IMG/VR virus record: IMGVR_UViG_3300048589_000479
Length of the DNA stretch: 64,000 nt
Source of the DNA: an uncultured virus (IMG/VR IMGVR_UViG_3300048589_000479)
Taxonomy: Duplodnaviria; Heunggongvirae; Uroviricota; Caudoviricetes
Reading direction: 5' to 3' (one strand)
Part shown: positions 55,461 to 64,000 of the stretch, piece by piece
Numbering within the stretch: position 1 is the first letter of the stretch
Layout: every line of letters begins with the position of its first letter
Program-made: the position numbers and the translations under genes
The notes under the pieces: generated by a model
The model's input: the letters and a program-made list of their open reading frames with translations, nothing else
Told to the model about the DNA's origin: nothing
Database searches by the model: none

Positions 55461-55984
55461 GCCGTCTGCTCCTGGAACACGAGCTCGAAGAAGTCGAGCC
55501 AATGGTCCTCCATCATCCACCCGTCGATTCCGAGCAGGGAGCGGAGGTCGATTCGATAGAGGGCTGTGCGTCGCTCGTGGCGCTCGTCGTCGATCCATCG
55601 ATCCGGCGAGAGGTTGTCGCGCAGGTCGGAGATCTTCGCGGCGCGCGCCAGGCCGTTGCGCTTCACGCGGAGCATGTAGTCGTCGCGCGACTCGCCCTCG
55701 CGGTGGGTGATCGCGTCAACTGCGGTTGCGATACGCCGGCCGAACTTCGCCTCGATGTGGCCGACCTCCCACTTCGTATCCTCCACGACGTCGTGCAGGG
55801 CGCCGACGATCATCGCCTCGACGGAGTGCCAGGAGCAGTTCGCCGACACGCGCAGCGCGTGCTCGATGTACGGGTGGCCGCTCTTGTCGGTCTGCCCGGC
55901 GTGCGCCATGACAGCGAAGCAGTGCGCCATGCCGAGGTTGTCGAGCGACGGTATCCAACTGCCGCCCTTGACGTGCCTACTCAT
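55457..55984 (-). CDS. HD-domain hydrolase (RelA/SpoT hydrolase-like)
   Basis: AHAGQTDKSGHPYIEH..LHDVVEDT..KISDLRDN. Confidence 0.8.
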   Translation of the reverse strand: MSRHVKGGSWIPSLDNLGMAHCFAVMAHAGQTDKSGHPYIEHALRVSANCSWHSVEAMIVGALHDVVEDTKWEVGHIEAKFGRRIATAVDAITHREGESRDDYMLRVKRNGLARAAKISDLRDNLSPDRWIDDERHERRTALYRIDLRSLLGIDGWMMEDHWLDFFELVFQEQTA

Positions 55985-56306
55985 AGTCCTCGACCTCTTC
56001 TTCGACGTCCACCTGGACGTGTTCTTCGTGGGATGGTACAGACTTGATCGGCGTCGGCTTCCAGCCCTCGGCCTCGCCAGCGGTCCAGCCCTTGATCCTG
56101 TCGGCGTGCGTGAGCTTGCGCCCGTCGCGTTCGAGTTGGACCATGTGCACGATCGGCGCGGCGTCCAGCGCGATCTTCTTCTCGCCGCCTATCCACCGCT
56201 CGCGCGGCCCGCTGATCTCCACCCGAACGAGGAGGGGCCGCGACGCGATCATGTGCGCCGGCAGCCCCTCGAACGGGTCAACGTCTGGACGAAGGAAGCC
56301 CGTCAC
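55977..56306 (-). CDS. Hypothetical protein
   Basis: GTGA-coupled. Confidence 0.5.
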   Translation of the reverse strand: MTGFLRPDVDPFEGLPAHMIASRPLLVRVEISGPRERWIGGEKKIALDAAPIVHMVQLERDGRKLTHADRIKGWTAGEAEGWKPTPIKSVPSHEEHVQVDVEEEVEDYE

Positions 56307-56548
56307 GACTTGTCCACCACGATCTCGAGCGGCCGGTACTTCCAGCGCGCCCGGTTGCGATTCCATGACTCGGCCCACGACAGGGCGCAGCGCCAGGTCG
56401 CATGGTCGCCGCCGGTGATGTAGCGCTTCCGAGCTCGGTGTCCAGATGGTCGCCTGCTCTTCGCGTCCCAGCCGTTGTATTCGCGGCTGATGATCCAACG
56501 CCCGTTGCGGTCGCGGTGCACGACCATGTTCTCGGTTTCCGAGCTCAT
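56303..56548 (-). CDS. Hypothetical basic protein
   Basis: MSSETEN..; coupled. Confidence 0.55.
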   Translation of the reverse strand: MSSETENMVVHRDRNGRWIISREYNGWDAKSRRPSGHRARKRYITGGDHATWRCALSWAESWNRNRARWKYRPLEIVVDKS

Positions 56549-57327
56549 GCCGAGGCGACGACCTGGAGCTTCACCCGCTTCTGCGGCGGGCGGCCGCGCA
56601 GCCCGGCAGCCTTGCGGAGCTCGGTCGCAACGAACATGGGAGCAGAGCCGCCCAGGTTCGCGCGGCCGGCCTGGGCGCGGCGCTTGATGTCCACCGGCGC
56701 CTGCTTGCGCAGCCGCTCCGTGTGCGACTCGTTCCACCGCTCGGAGTAGTCGGCCAGGACTTCGCCCATGCCGCCGATGATCGAGCCGTCGAGCGAGTAC
56801 GGATCCTCGTACCAGGCGTCGCGAATCACGTTGAAGACGCGGGCCAGGATCTCGACCCCGTGCTTCGCTGCGATCTTCTCGATCGACGCGACAGCCTTGA
56901 CGTCGTTCGCGCCGTTCCCGACGACGTAGCCGGAGCGCAGCAGTGCGTCAGCGATCATCTGCGCGTCCTTGTCGCCGGAGAAGAGTTGAGCACGGAAGCG
57001 CTCGACCGGAGTCGGCGGCCGGCGGTCCCTCTGCAGCCGCACGAAGAGCTCGGCTTCCTGCTGGGCCGAGAGCCCGACGTGCACGATGCACGGGGCGTCG
57101 TCCTCGCCAAGCGCCTTGAGCGCGGCGAGCCGGTGCTGCCCGTCGAAGACAGCGCACACGCCGTTCTCGCGTCGGGACACTTCCAGCGCGCCGAGTTGCG
57201 CGGGGTTGAACTCGTCCACGATCTTCCCGACGCGGTGCTCCATGAGCTTGCGCTGGTATCGGGTGTCAATCACCATGCGGTCGACTGACACGATCTCGAA
57301 CTTCGGCCTTGCCTGCTTCGTGGTCAT
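56545..57327 (-). CDS. ParB/Srx-fold protein
   Basis: IDTRYQR..VSRR..FDGQHRLAA..EAELF. Confidence 0.75.
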   Translation of the reverse strand: MTTKQARPKFEIVSVDRMVIDTRYQRKLMEHRVGKIVDEFNPAQLGALEVSRRENGVCAVFDGQHRLAALKALGEDDAPCIVHVGLSAQQEAELFVRLQRDRRPPTPVERFRAQLFSGDKDAQMIADALLRSGYVVGNGANDVKAVASIEKIAAKHGVEILARVFNVIRDAWYEDPYSLDGSIIGGMGEVLADYSERWNESHTERLRKQAPVDIKRRAQAGRANLGGSAPMFVATELRKAAGLRGRPPQKRVKLQVVASA

Positions 57328-57361
57328 GCTAGTGGGCTTTCGGGTTGGGGGTGCGGGTTGG

Positions 57362-57658
57362 CTATTCTTCTTCGTCGCTGGCAGGTTCGTCGCGCTCGAC
57401 CTTGCCGCCAGCGTTGATCGCGTTGGACACGAGAATGTCCACGGCGTAGGTGTCGACCACCTGCCAGTCGTCGCTCTTCGCAACGAGCTCGGCGAAGTTC
57501 TTGTTGGTCTTCCCCTCCATGTAGGAGCCGCCGCCAGCGCGCACGAGCGTCACGATGCCCGTGGCGGTCGGCGCCTTCGCCACGACGTAGAGCTTCCAGC
57601 CGTCCGGCTTGCCCTCGCCGCGCTTGACGCGCTCGGCTACCAGTGTGCCCGGCCCCAT
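57362..57658 (-). CDS. Hypothetical protein
   Basis: 98 aa, coupled. Confidence 0.6.
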   Translation of the reverse strand: MGPGTLVAERVKRGEGKPDGWKLYVVAKAPTATGIVTLVRAGGGSYMEGKTNKNFAELVAKSDDWQVVDTYAVDILVSNAINAGGKVERDEPASDEEE

Positions 57659-58386
57659 CAGACGTCAGCCTTCGGTGCGATGTGACCGTCGGGGCCGTGG
57701 CCGCAGTAGTGGCACAGCGTCGGGTCGAACGTGCGGTGCTCGATCACGTCCTCGCCCTTCGAGTAGTCGAGGCGCGGGGATCCGTCCTCCTCGAACTCGC
57801 CCTCAACTTCTGGGTAAGTTGTATCCACCACGACGTCGCCGGACCAGTCGCCCGCCTTGAAGCGGTGCAGCGAGGGCCGAGCGAGCATGGCCCACTGGAG
57901 CTCGGAGAGGTACTGCGACAGCACGATCCGCTGGGCCAGACCCATCCACGGCATCGACCAGATCTTCCGGGCCGCCGTGTATGCGCCGTTGATCTGCTCG
58001 TCGGTGAACTTGTTGACGGCCGACTCCAGGACCGGCTCGAAGCCCTCGGCGGTCATCGTCACGGCGCCGTCGATCAGACCCGGCACCGGGAGCGCGTAGA
58101 AGTGGCCGGGGCGAGGCTTGCGGAACTCCGGCTGCGCCTGCGGCTCGCGCTCTTCGTCCTCGTCGTATGTCACCGACCAGGGTTGACCGCCTTCGTCCAG
58201 GTGCAGGAAGAGGGCGTCGAAGATCGCGTCGGGATCCTCGTTGAGCACATCCCAGAGCTTCGCTTCCGAGATCTCGGACGGGTCGCCATAGATCTCCTCG
58301 ACCTTCTGGCGTGGAACGGGAACGCGCAGCCGTAGCTCGACGTCGAGCATGGCGTAGGTCTTCGTGTCAGTCGATGCGGTGGTCAT
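57658..58386 (-). CDS. Hypothetical protein with C-terminal CxxC..H
   Basis: MTTASTDT..; coupled. Confidence 0.6.
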   Translation of the reverse strand: MTTASTDTKTYAMLDVELRLRVPVPRQKVEEIYGDPSEISEAKLWDVLNEDPDAIFDALFLHLDEGGQPWSVTYDEDEEREPQAQPEFRKPRPGHFYALPVPGLIDGAVTMTAEGFEPVLESAVNKFTDEQINGAYTAARKIWSMPWMGLAQRIVLSQYLSELQWAMLARPSLHRFKAGDWSGDVVVDTTYPEVEGEFEEDGSPRLDYSKGEDVIEHRTFDPTLCHYCGHGPDGHIAPKADV

Positions 58387-58670
58387 GAGGTCTGCTCCGG
58401 GTAGGTGATCTCGAAGACGTGCCAGACGAATCTTCCCTCCTGGTACGTCCCGATGTAGTGGTGGTACTTCGTGACTTCTTCGTGGCCGGTCCCGACGATC
58501 TGGAACAACCGCTCGGCATCGCCGTTGTGCGGATCGACGAGCGCCCAGATGAACGGCTCCGGATCGCTGCCCTGCAACTGCAAGGACAGGATCTCTGCGC
58601 CCTTCGGCATCTTGAGCTCGAAGCGTCCGTTGGGCGTGAGTGGGACGTGGAACTTCCAGACCGCCTTCAC
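58383..58670 (-). CDS. Hypothetical phage protein
   Basis: MKAVWKF..GAEILS..WALVD..GTGH..WHVFE. Confidence 0.7.
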   Translation of the reverse strand: MKAVWKFHVPLTPNGRFELKMPKGAEILSLQLQGSDPEPFIWALVDPHNGDAERLFQIVGTGHEEVTKYHHYIGTYQEGRFVWHVFEITYPEQTS

Positions 58671-58981
58671 GCTGCCGCCACCTGCTCGGCGGCCTTCTCC
58701 GCGCGCCGCACGAGCTTCGTGCCGACCGTGGTCGCCTCCAGGTGAACGCTGCGCCGATCGGTGAGCTCACGCACGCGCTTGACGTAGCCGGCTGCGGCGA
58801 GACGATCGGCGATCTGGGTAATGGCGCCGGTGGTGATGCCGACACGCTTCGCAGCATGGCCCATCTGGACGGGCTCGCCCGCGTCCACGATCGTCAGCAG
58901 CACGATCCGGTCGAAGGGCGACGAGTGCTCCATGAGCTCGCCGATCTCCCGGAGGGTTGCGATGGTCAGTTCGTGCTTCAT
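58667..58981 (-). CDS. MarR-family regulator
   Basis: TTGAITQIADRL..GYVKR..DRRSV. Confidence 0.8.
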   Translation of the reverse strand: MKHELTIATLREIGELMEHSSPFDRIVLLTIVDAGEPVQMGHAAKRVGITTGAITQIADRLAAAGYVKRVRELTDRRSVHLEATTVGTKLVRRAEKAAEQVAAA

Positions 58982-59301
58982 GGTGCCTTGCTCCCGTCTC
59001 CGAGCCACGCGAGTACCTTCGCGAGCTCTTCTTCTGTCAGTCCGTCCCGCTCCGCGCGGTCGATGAACATGCGGGCGCGCTTCACGAACGAGCACTTCGG
59101 CTCGTCCACGCCCATCGCTATGTCGTGCTCGTCGATGAGCTCGATCAGCTTCGACAACCGCACGTCGTCGCGGGCGGCAGCCCAGGGCGACTCGCCCCGG
59201 TGCAGGTCGGAGTGCCGGTACCAACGCCACTCTCGCAGCGCGTCCACGATCAGGTCGCGCAGGTCCGGCGCTTCATCTGGTGGGGGAGCGAACCCGCTCA
59301 C
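58978..59301 (-). CDS. Hypothetical protein
   Basis: 107 aa, coupled. Confidence 0.6.
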   Translation of the reverse strand: MSGFAPPPDEAPDLRDLIVDALREWRWYRHSDLHRGESPWAAARDDVRLSKLIELIDEHDIAMGVDEPKCSFVKRARMFIDRAERDGLTEEELAKVLAWLGDGSKAP

Positions 59302-59609
59302 GCCTGGGCCGCTGCCTTCGCCGCGTCGCGCTCTGCCTTCGCGCGCTTGCGCTCCTCGGCGGCAGCCGTGAGCCGAGTGAAGATCCGCGAGATCGCCGAG
59401 CGCTGGATGTCAGCATCCACGAGCCCTTCGAGGTTCTTCACGACCACGACAAGCGAGCCGCCTGCGTCGATCAGATCGGAGTAGTTGTCGGTCCCGGAGG
59501 CTGACACCTTCGCCGAGCCCAGGTCGTCGTAGGTGCGACGCACGAGGTCCAGCGCCTTGTTGAGATCCTTCTGCCAGCGCGCGGCGCGGGCGGGGGTCAT
59601 CTTCGCCAT
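59298..59609 (-). CDS. Hypothetical protein
   Basis: MAKMTPAR.. Confidence 0.6.
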   Translation of the reverse strand: MAKMTPARAARWQKDLNKALDLVRRTYDDLGSAKVSASGTDNYSDLIDAGGSLVVVVKNLEGLVDADIQRSAISRIFTRLTAAAEERKRAKAERDAAKAAAQA

Positions 59610-59623
59610 GAGTGTTCTTCCTT

Positions 59624-59884
59624 CTACTCGCAGTTGCAGTTGATGTGCCCGCACTGATCGCAGCGCGTGGACTGGTACTTCCCCTCGCATGGGGGAATCT
59701 CGTTGCCGGCACGGTCGTACTCCGGCTGGGTGTTCTGGCACGGCCCGTCGAGCTCGGCCGCGTCGGGGTCCGTCGGCTCCTCGTGACACGCGCCGCAGAT
59801 CAGCGGGTCTTCGGAGTGGTCGGGCTGGTTCCACGGCGCACGCAGGCTGCCAGCGGGAACGTCGTCGGGGTAGTTGTCCATCAT
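59624..59884 (-). CDS. Small Cys-rich protein
   Basis: MMDNYPDDV..CGAC..CDQCGHINCNCE. Confidence 0.6.
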   Translation of the reverse strand: MMDNYPDDVPAGSLRAPWNQPDHSEDPLICGACHEEPTDPDAAELDGPCQNTQPEYDRAGNEIPPCEGKYQSTRCDQCGHINCNCE

Positions 59885-60252
59885 GCCCGCATACCCCCGC
59901 CGCCGCCTCGGTCCACGGGAACGAAGACGATCTGCGGCTCCGGCGGTCGCGTGTGGATCTGGATGTTGTTCACCTGCACGGACTGCTTCGGCCCGTTCGG
60001 GTGCTGGCCGGGGAGGTAGCCACAGCCGTTGCACGGAAGCTGCTGGCCGGCGTTCGCGCCCTGGCCCTTGACGAGCCGCCCCTGGTTCTTGCACTTCTCG
60101 CAGAAGATCTCCGAGTCGGCAGGTGTCAGCAGCGCGCCGACGGGGAGATCGCCGAGCGCGACCTTTGCCTGCACGCGCGCGTCGCGCGCCTTGCCGGTGG
60201 CGATCTGCTCCAGGTGGAACGTGAGGTACTTGACCCGCTCGGCGTCGTTCAT
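59881..60252 (-). CDS. Zn-finger hypothetical protein
   Basis: CEKC..CNGC. Confidence 0.6.
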   Translation of the reverse strand: MNDAERVKYLTFHLEQIATGKARDARVQAKVALGDLPVGALLTPADSEIFCEKCKNQGRLVKGQGANAGQQLPCNGCGYLPGQHPNGPKQSVQVNNIQIHTRPPEPQIVFVPVDRGGGGGMRA

Positions 60253-60647
60253 GCCTGCGCCGCCTTCCACTCGTTGTAGATGCGGCGCAGCGTGCGCTCG
60301 TAGTTCTCGTCCGGTGGACCCTCGGCCGTGTAGCCGGTCATGCGCTCGGTGCCGTCGGGCAGGCGCATGATCTTCGAGTCGCCCTGGTCGGTGAAGACCA
60401 TGCGCCGCAGGTCGGAGTTCGTCGGCACCGCCTTGACCTCCGGCTTCGGGTGCTGGTACACGGCGTCGCGAGTGCCCCTGGTTTCCCATTGGTCGTCCTC
60501 GACTTCGAGCTCGTATTCGACGCCGCGCTCCTCGAGATCGCGCACCGGGTACCCGTGGAGGTCGTCCATCGTCAGCCCGGACTTCGCCAGCGCTTCTTCC
60601 TCGATGCGAATGGTCGCCGTGTTGACTACCTTGACGTAGATCGTCAT
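60249..60647 (-). CDS. Hypothetical protein
   Basis: 132 aa, coupled. Confidence 0.6.
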   Translation of the reverse strand: MTIYVKVVNTATIRIEEEALAKSGLTMDDLHGYPVRDLEERGVEYELEVEDDQWETRGTRDAVYQHPKPEVKAVPTNSDLRRMVFTDQGDSKIMRLPDGTERMTGYTAEGPPDENYERTLRRIYNEWKAAQA

Positions 60648-60907
60648 GCGTGGGCCGCCCTAATCTCGTCGAGCATGGCTCGCTTCTCTTCCTCGATCTT
60701 CGCCTGGTCGATCTCGAAGAAGTCGGCGAGCAGCTTCGTCACCATCGGGACCGTGTGCGTGTAGAGGCGCGTGCCCTCGTCGTTGTAGCGGCCCAGGTGG
60801 TAGCCCTGCTCCTGCAACCAGTCGATGAACTCGCCGCACACCTGCGACTTGTCGCTGATCGCCTGGAGCTTCGTGTGCTCCGGCCACTTGTCGATCTCGT
60901 CAGCCAT
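60644..60907 (-). CDS. Hypothetical phage protein
   Basis: PEHTKL..SQVCGEFIDWL..LADFFEID. Confidence 0.7.
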   Translation of the reverse strand: MADEIDKWPEHTKLQAISDKSQVCGEFIDWLQEQGYHLGRYNDEGTRLYTHTVPMVTKLLADFFEIDQAKIEEEKRAMLDEIRAAHA

Positions 60908-60908
60908 G

Positions 60909-61631
60909 CTACTTCTTCTTCGTCACGGACAGGGTGGGCTCGGAGTGAACCTTCACCATTGTCAGCAGCGTCTCGTGGCGAGCGATGCGGTCGGCAAGCT
61001 GCTCGGCCGCCGTCACCGTCACGGAGATCTCGTTGCCCTCGTCGTCCTCGCGAAGCTCCACGCGATCGGAGAGGCCGAGCGCGTCGAGGAGCTCCTGCCC
61101 GGAGAGCGGCACCTGGTCGTCGCCGACCTGCTTCGTCGCCTCGATCGGGTGGTCCTTGAGCCACGTCGAGATCGTCGACTTGAGCGTGTTCGCGTTGATC
61201 GTGCCCTCGGCCACCTTCGGCGCGCCGTTGTCGATGAGCCACTGCTTCAAGTCGGGGTTGCCCGTGCCGCCGAGTTCCTTGATCGCCTGGATCTGCTTGT
61301 TGGAGCTCATGGCGAACGTCTGGCCCATGTGCGTGAAGCCGGTCGGACCCTTCTCGGCCATGACCTCGAACAACTTGATCTCGACTTCGCTCGTGTATTC
61401 CTTCACGGCGCTGGCGAGATCACCCAGGAAGTCCTTGACGCGGCGAAGGCGAAGAACCTCCTCCGCGAGCGGGAGCGCGTCTTCGGGGAGGACGTACTGC
61501 ACCGGGTCGGTGTCGGGAATGTAGTAGGGTGGCGTCGTGAGCTCCACGCCTCGCTTGACGATGTGGATCAGGGTATCGTCGCCTCGCTCCTGCGAAAGTC
61601 GCGCTACCAGGCCGTCCAGCTTCTCGCTCAC
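60909..61631 (-). CDS. Hypothetical protein
   Basis: GTG after GGAGG; first gene after class I promoter. Confidence 0.7.
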   Translation of the reverse strand: MSEKLDGLVARLSQERGDDTLIHIVKRGVELTTPPYYIPDTDPVQYVLPEDALPLAEEVLRLRRVKDFLGDLASAVKEYTSEVEIKLFEVMAEKGPTGFTHMGQTFAMSSNKQIQAIKELGGTGNPDLKQWLIDNGAPKVAEGTINANTLKSTISTWLKDHPIEATKQVGDDQVPLSGQELLDALGLSDRVELREDDEGNEISVTVTAAEQLADRIARHETLLTMVKVHSEPTLSVTKKK

Positions 61632-61668
61632 AATCTTCCTCCGTAAGTATCTCGCGGTGTCATGTAGC

Positions 61669-61697
61669 AGTGTATCGTGAGATACATGCCATTGCAA
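61669..61697 (-). promoter_or_regulatory. Housekeeping-sigma promoter TTGCAA-N17-TACACT with overlapping palindrome
   Basis: TGTATC-GTGA-GATACA at 61671-61686. Confidence 0.7.
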
Positions 61698-61719
61698 CCA
61701 TAAGGAAGAAGTTTGGCCT

Positions 61720-63324
61720 CTATCGGCCACGCCGGAGAAGGAACCGCTGCCAGCCGCCGTCCACGATCTCGTCGGCTACTTCCTTCTTCTCGACCTGGGT
61801 ATCGAGGATCGTTTCATCGATCGTGTCCAGGGCGAGCAGGTGGTGGTGGGTCACGGGCTGCGTCTGGCCGATGCGGTGGTAGCGCGCGAGCGCCTGCTGG
61901 AACACGGCCGACGCGAACGGCGACGAGTAGAACGCGCCGTCGCTGGCAGCGTGCAGCGTGATGCCCTCCGCGCACGCCTGGATCTGCCCCACGAAGAACC
62001 AGGCGTCGCCGTCCTGGAACTGGTCGATCATCTTGCCGCGCGCCGAGCCCTTCACCTGGCCGTTGATGTAGCTGACCGGCGTGTTCTTTCCGGAGATCCG
62101 CTCGGCGGCCTTGATGATCGCCTGGCCCTCGTGCGTGAAGCGGTGGAAGATCACGAGCTTCGCGTTCGCGTCGCGCAACGTCTCCATGAGATCGGTGAGG
62201 CACGACAGCTTCGCGTTCTTCTTCGAGTCGATCGGCTCCACAGAGTCGCGCCCGTCCACCTGCATGAACCCGCCGGTGATCTGCTGCAACCGGAGCATCC
62301 GCGTCAGTACGTTGTCGCCGAGGATCTCGGACTCGTCGCCCATATCGAGCGATGCCGCTTGCGTCAGGAAGTCCAGGCCGCCGCCGCCCTCGACGAACGC
62401 GATCGAGTCGCGCACGAGGTCGTCGTAGAGCCGGCGCGCCTTCGGGTCAAGCTCGAACTCGATGCGTGCGTGGGTCTGCTCCGGCAGGTCCACCGCTTCT
62501 TCCTTCGAGACGCGGTGCACGCGCTCCATCACCCGGCGTTCGAGCTCCGGCAGCGTGTGCGGATTGATGACCACCTTGCGGAACGTGCCGCAGTCGATCT
62601 CGATAGCGAACTGGCGCTTGAAGTTCGTGTGGTTCGTGCCGAGCACGCGGTCGTCCAGGAAGCGGAACTGGCCGTACCAGTCGAGCCCGCCTTCGGGCAC
62701 CGGCGTGCCGGTCATGATGATTCGCATAGGGGCTGCGGTCGCTGGCCGGAACGGTGTCAGCATGGCGGCGCCGGTCCACGCCTGGAGCACGAAGCTCGCG
62801 GCCTTGCCGATGCGGTGCATGGCCTTCGACTGGTTCGAGCCCGGCGCCTTCAACCGCTGGCTCTCGTCGCACACGTCGATGTCGAAGCCGGCCGCCTTGA
62901 GCTCGGCTTCCATGCGCCAGGTGCCCTCGTAGTTGAGCGCCACGATCCCAGGGAGAACCACCTGGCCGTAGCGCCGGGCCAGGTCGCGGCGCGCCAGCCA
63001 CTCCTCGAGATCGCGCTTGCGGCGCTTCACCGAAGGGTGGTCGAGGGAGAGCACGTCGATCTCCGTGCCGCCGCGCGCGGTGATCCCGAGTGACTCCTTC
63101 TTCCAGGCTGACACGACGGACGACGGGCACACGACCAGCATGGACTCCGCGCGGCCCTCGGCGTGCATAGCCAGGAAGCCGCCGAGCACGGTCAGCGTCT
63201 TCCCGCAGCCCATATCGTGCAGCAGGCCGAACGAGCCGAAGCGCTCGAGTCGCTCCATCATGCACGCGAGCCCGTTGGCTTGATGCACGAACGGGACGAT
63301 GTGGCAGTGGCGGCGCAGCAGCAT
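61720..63324 (-). CDS. SNF2-family helicase
   Basis: DMGCGKT, VCP, DESQ, TGTP, EGITL, QALARYHRIGQ. Confidence 0.9.
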   Translation of the reverse strand: MLLRRHCHIVPFVHQANGLACMMERLERFGSFGLLHDMGCGKTLTVLGGFLAMHAEGRAESMLVVCPSSVVSAWKKESLGITARGGTEIDVLSLDHPSVKRRKRDLEEWLARRDLARRYGQVVLPGIVALNYEGTWRMEAELKAAGFDIDVCDESQRLKAPGSNQSKAMHRIGKAASFVLQAWTGAAMLTPFRPATAAPMRIIMTGTPVPEGGLDWYGQFRFLDDRVLGTNHTNFKRQFAIEIDCGTFRKVVINPHTLPELERRVMERVHRVSKEEAVDLPEQTHARIEFELDPKARRLYDDLVRDSIAFVEGGGGLDFLTQAASLDMGDESEILGDNVLTRMLRLQQITGGFMQVDGRDSVEPIDSKKNAKLSCLTDLMETLRDANAKLVIFHRFTHEGQAIIKAAERISGKNTPVSYINGQVKGSARGKMIDQFQDGDAWFFVGQIQACAEGITLHAASDGAFYSSPFASAVFQQALARYHRIGQTQPVTHHHLLALDTIDETILDTQVEKKEVADEIVDGGWQRFLLRRGR

Positions 63325-63380
63325 TGACGCGCGGCCTGCCCCCGGCTCCGACGGGCGCCGATCCTTTGTCGGCGGGTCGA

Positions 63381-63566
63381 TCACGCCGGGAAGAGGTTGA
63401 CGCCAGCGTAGAAGGTGAACGCGCCGAGCGTGAAGAAGAAGGCTCGGAAGCCCCACGGCACGCGCTCGCGCATCGCCTTCGAGTAGGTGCTGGCAGCCTG
63501 GGTCGCGCCGGAGAGGATCACGGCGACAGCGATCGTGGCCTGCGTGATTTCCACGGCCTCGTTCAT
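63381..63566 (-). CDS. Small membrane protein
   Basis: Two hydrophobic segments. Confidence 0.55.
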   Translation of the reverse strand: MNEAVEITQATIAVAVILSGATQAASTYSKAMRERVPWGFRAFFFTLGAFTFYAGVNLFPA

Positions 63567-63733
63567 GCCGCGACCTTGAAGAAGAGGATCGCTCCCACGG
63601 CTACCAGGTCGGCGCCGACGAAGGCGTACACGGCGCGCTCGCGCCAGGTCAGCCCGCGCGACACGGAGGCGCCCAGGTGGACGACTCCGTAGAACGCGGC
63701 CGCTACCGAAACTGCTGCGACTGCATAGTTCAT
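63563..63733 (-). CDS. Small membrane protein
   Basis: Hand-translated MNYAVAAVSV..(56 aa); ATGA overlaps. Confidence 0.55.
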   Translation of the reverse strand: MNYAVAAVSVAAAFYGVVHLGASVSRGLTWRERAVYAFVGADLVAVGAILFFKVAA

Positions 63734-63939
63734 CGCCGGTTCCGCTTTCGAGAGGCGCGAGCCGCCTTCGTCTTCGCGCGGGCCGCCACCTTCCGCTGGC
63801 GACGCTGGTCGAACGCCTCGCCCAGACCGGACGAGTAGGCGATGTTCGCGTCGTGCTTCGGAAGCTGCTGCTGCTGGACCGCAATGGTCAGCAGGGGCCG
63901 GCGAAGAGAGTTGAGCTTTGCGCGTGTGATCGGGTGCAT
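63730..63939 (-). CDS. Small basic protein
   Basis: Leaderless; ends ARASRKRNRR. Confidence 0.6.
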   Translation of the reverse strand: MHPITRAKLNSLRRPLLTIAVQQQQLPKHDANIAYSSGLGEAFDQRRQRKVAARAKTKAARASRKRNRR

Positions 63940-63945
63940 ACCGAG

Positions 63946-63969
63946 ATCATGAAGAAGCCCTCGGACGCA
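63946..63969 (-). promoter_or_regulatory. Class II promoter TGCGTCCGA-N9-CATGAT, leaderless
   Basis: ATG 6 nt after the -10. Confidence 0.7.
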
Positions 63970-63970
63970 G

Positions 63971-63998
63971 CACGGCCCCCGCCGGAGCAGGGGCCGTG
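63971..63998. terminator. GC hairpin
   Basis: CACGGCCCC/GGGGCCGTG stem. Confidence 0.45.
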
Positions 63999-64000
63999 AG

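Noticed and set aside
1..64000. Integrase, tRNA or rRNA genes
   Set aside because: No recombinase motifs or cloverleaf seen by eye; tRNAscan-SE and HMM searches would be decisive.

Overview
The window is most of a high-GC tailed (siphovirus-type) phage genome. Many leaderless genes behind TANNNT -10 boxes suggest an Actinomycetota host (inference). It has two convergent arms. The + arm (9.7-38.4 kb) carries a Tad1-like sponge, portal, protease, two capsid proteins, head-tail and tail genes, a 2187-aa tape measure, holin/endolysin and a phosphoesterase. The - arm (64.0-38.5 kb and 9.2-0 kb) carries a SNF2 helicase, ParB-like protein, SSB-like protein, truncated sigma factor, displaced terminase genes, a DUF1360-like protein, two DNA methyltransferases, a dNMP kinase/MazG/HD cluster, a primase-helicase and many small hypothetical genes. 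I saw no integrase, DNA polymerase, tRNA or CRISPR array. Best leads: (1) strongly Cys-rich outer virion proteins versus Cys-free portal and tape measure, plus a membrane CPYC protein, suggesting a phage-encoded disulfide-crosslinking system; (2) a three-class promoter cascade made of host-type promoters, eight TGCGTCCGA-N9/10-(-10) promoters and seven CGTATAACGG late promoters, with a region-4-less sigma factor; (3) a Tad1 homolog with a Cys/His insertion; (4) a repeat-rich origin candidate, a terminus candidate, an arm-junction palindrome pair and two structured-RNA candidates. All family assignments come from motif recognition by eye, not database searches.
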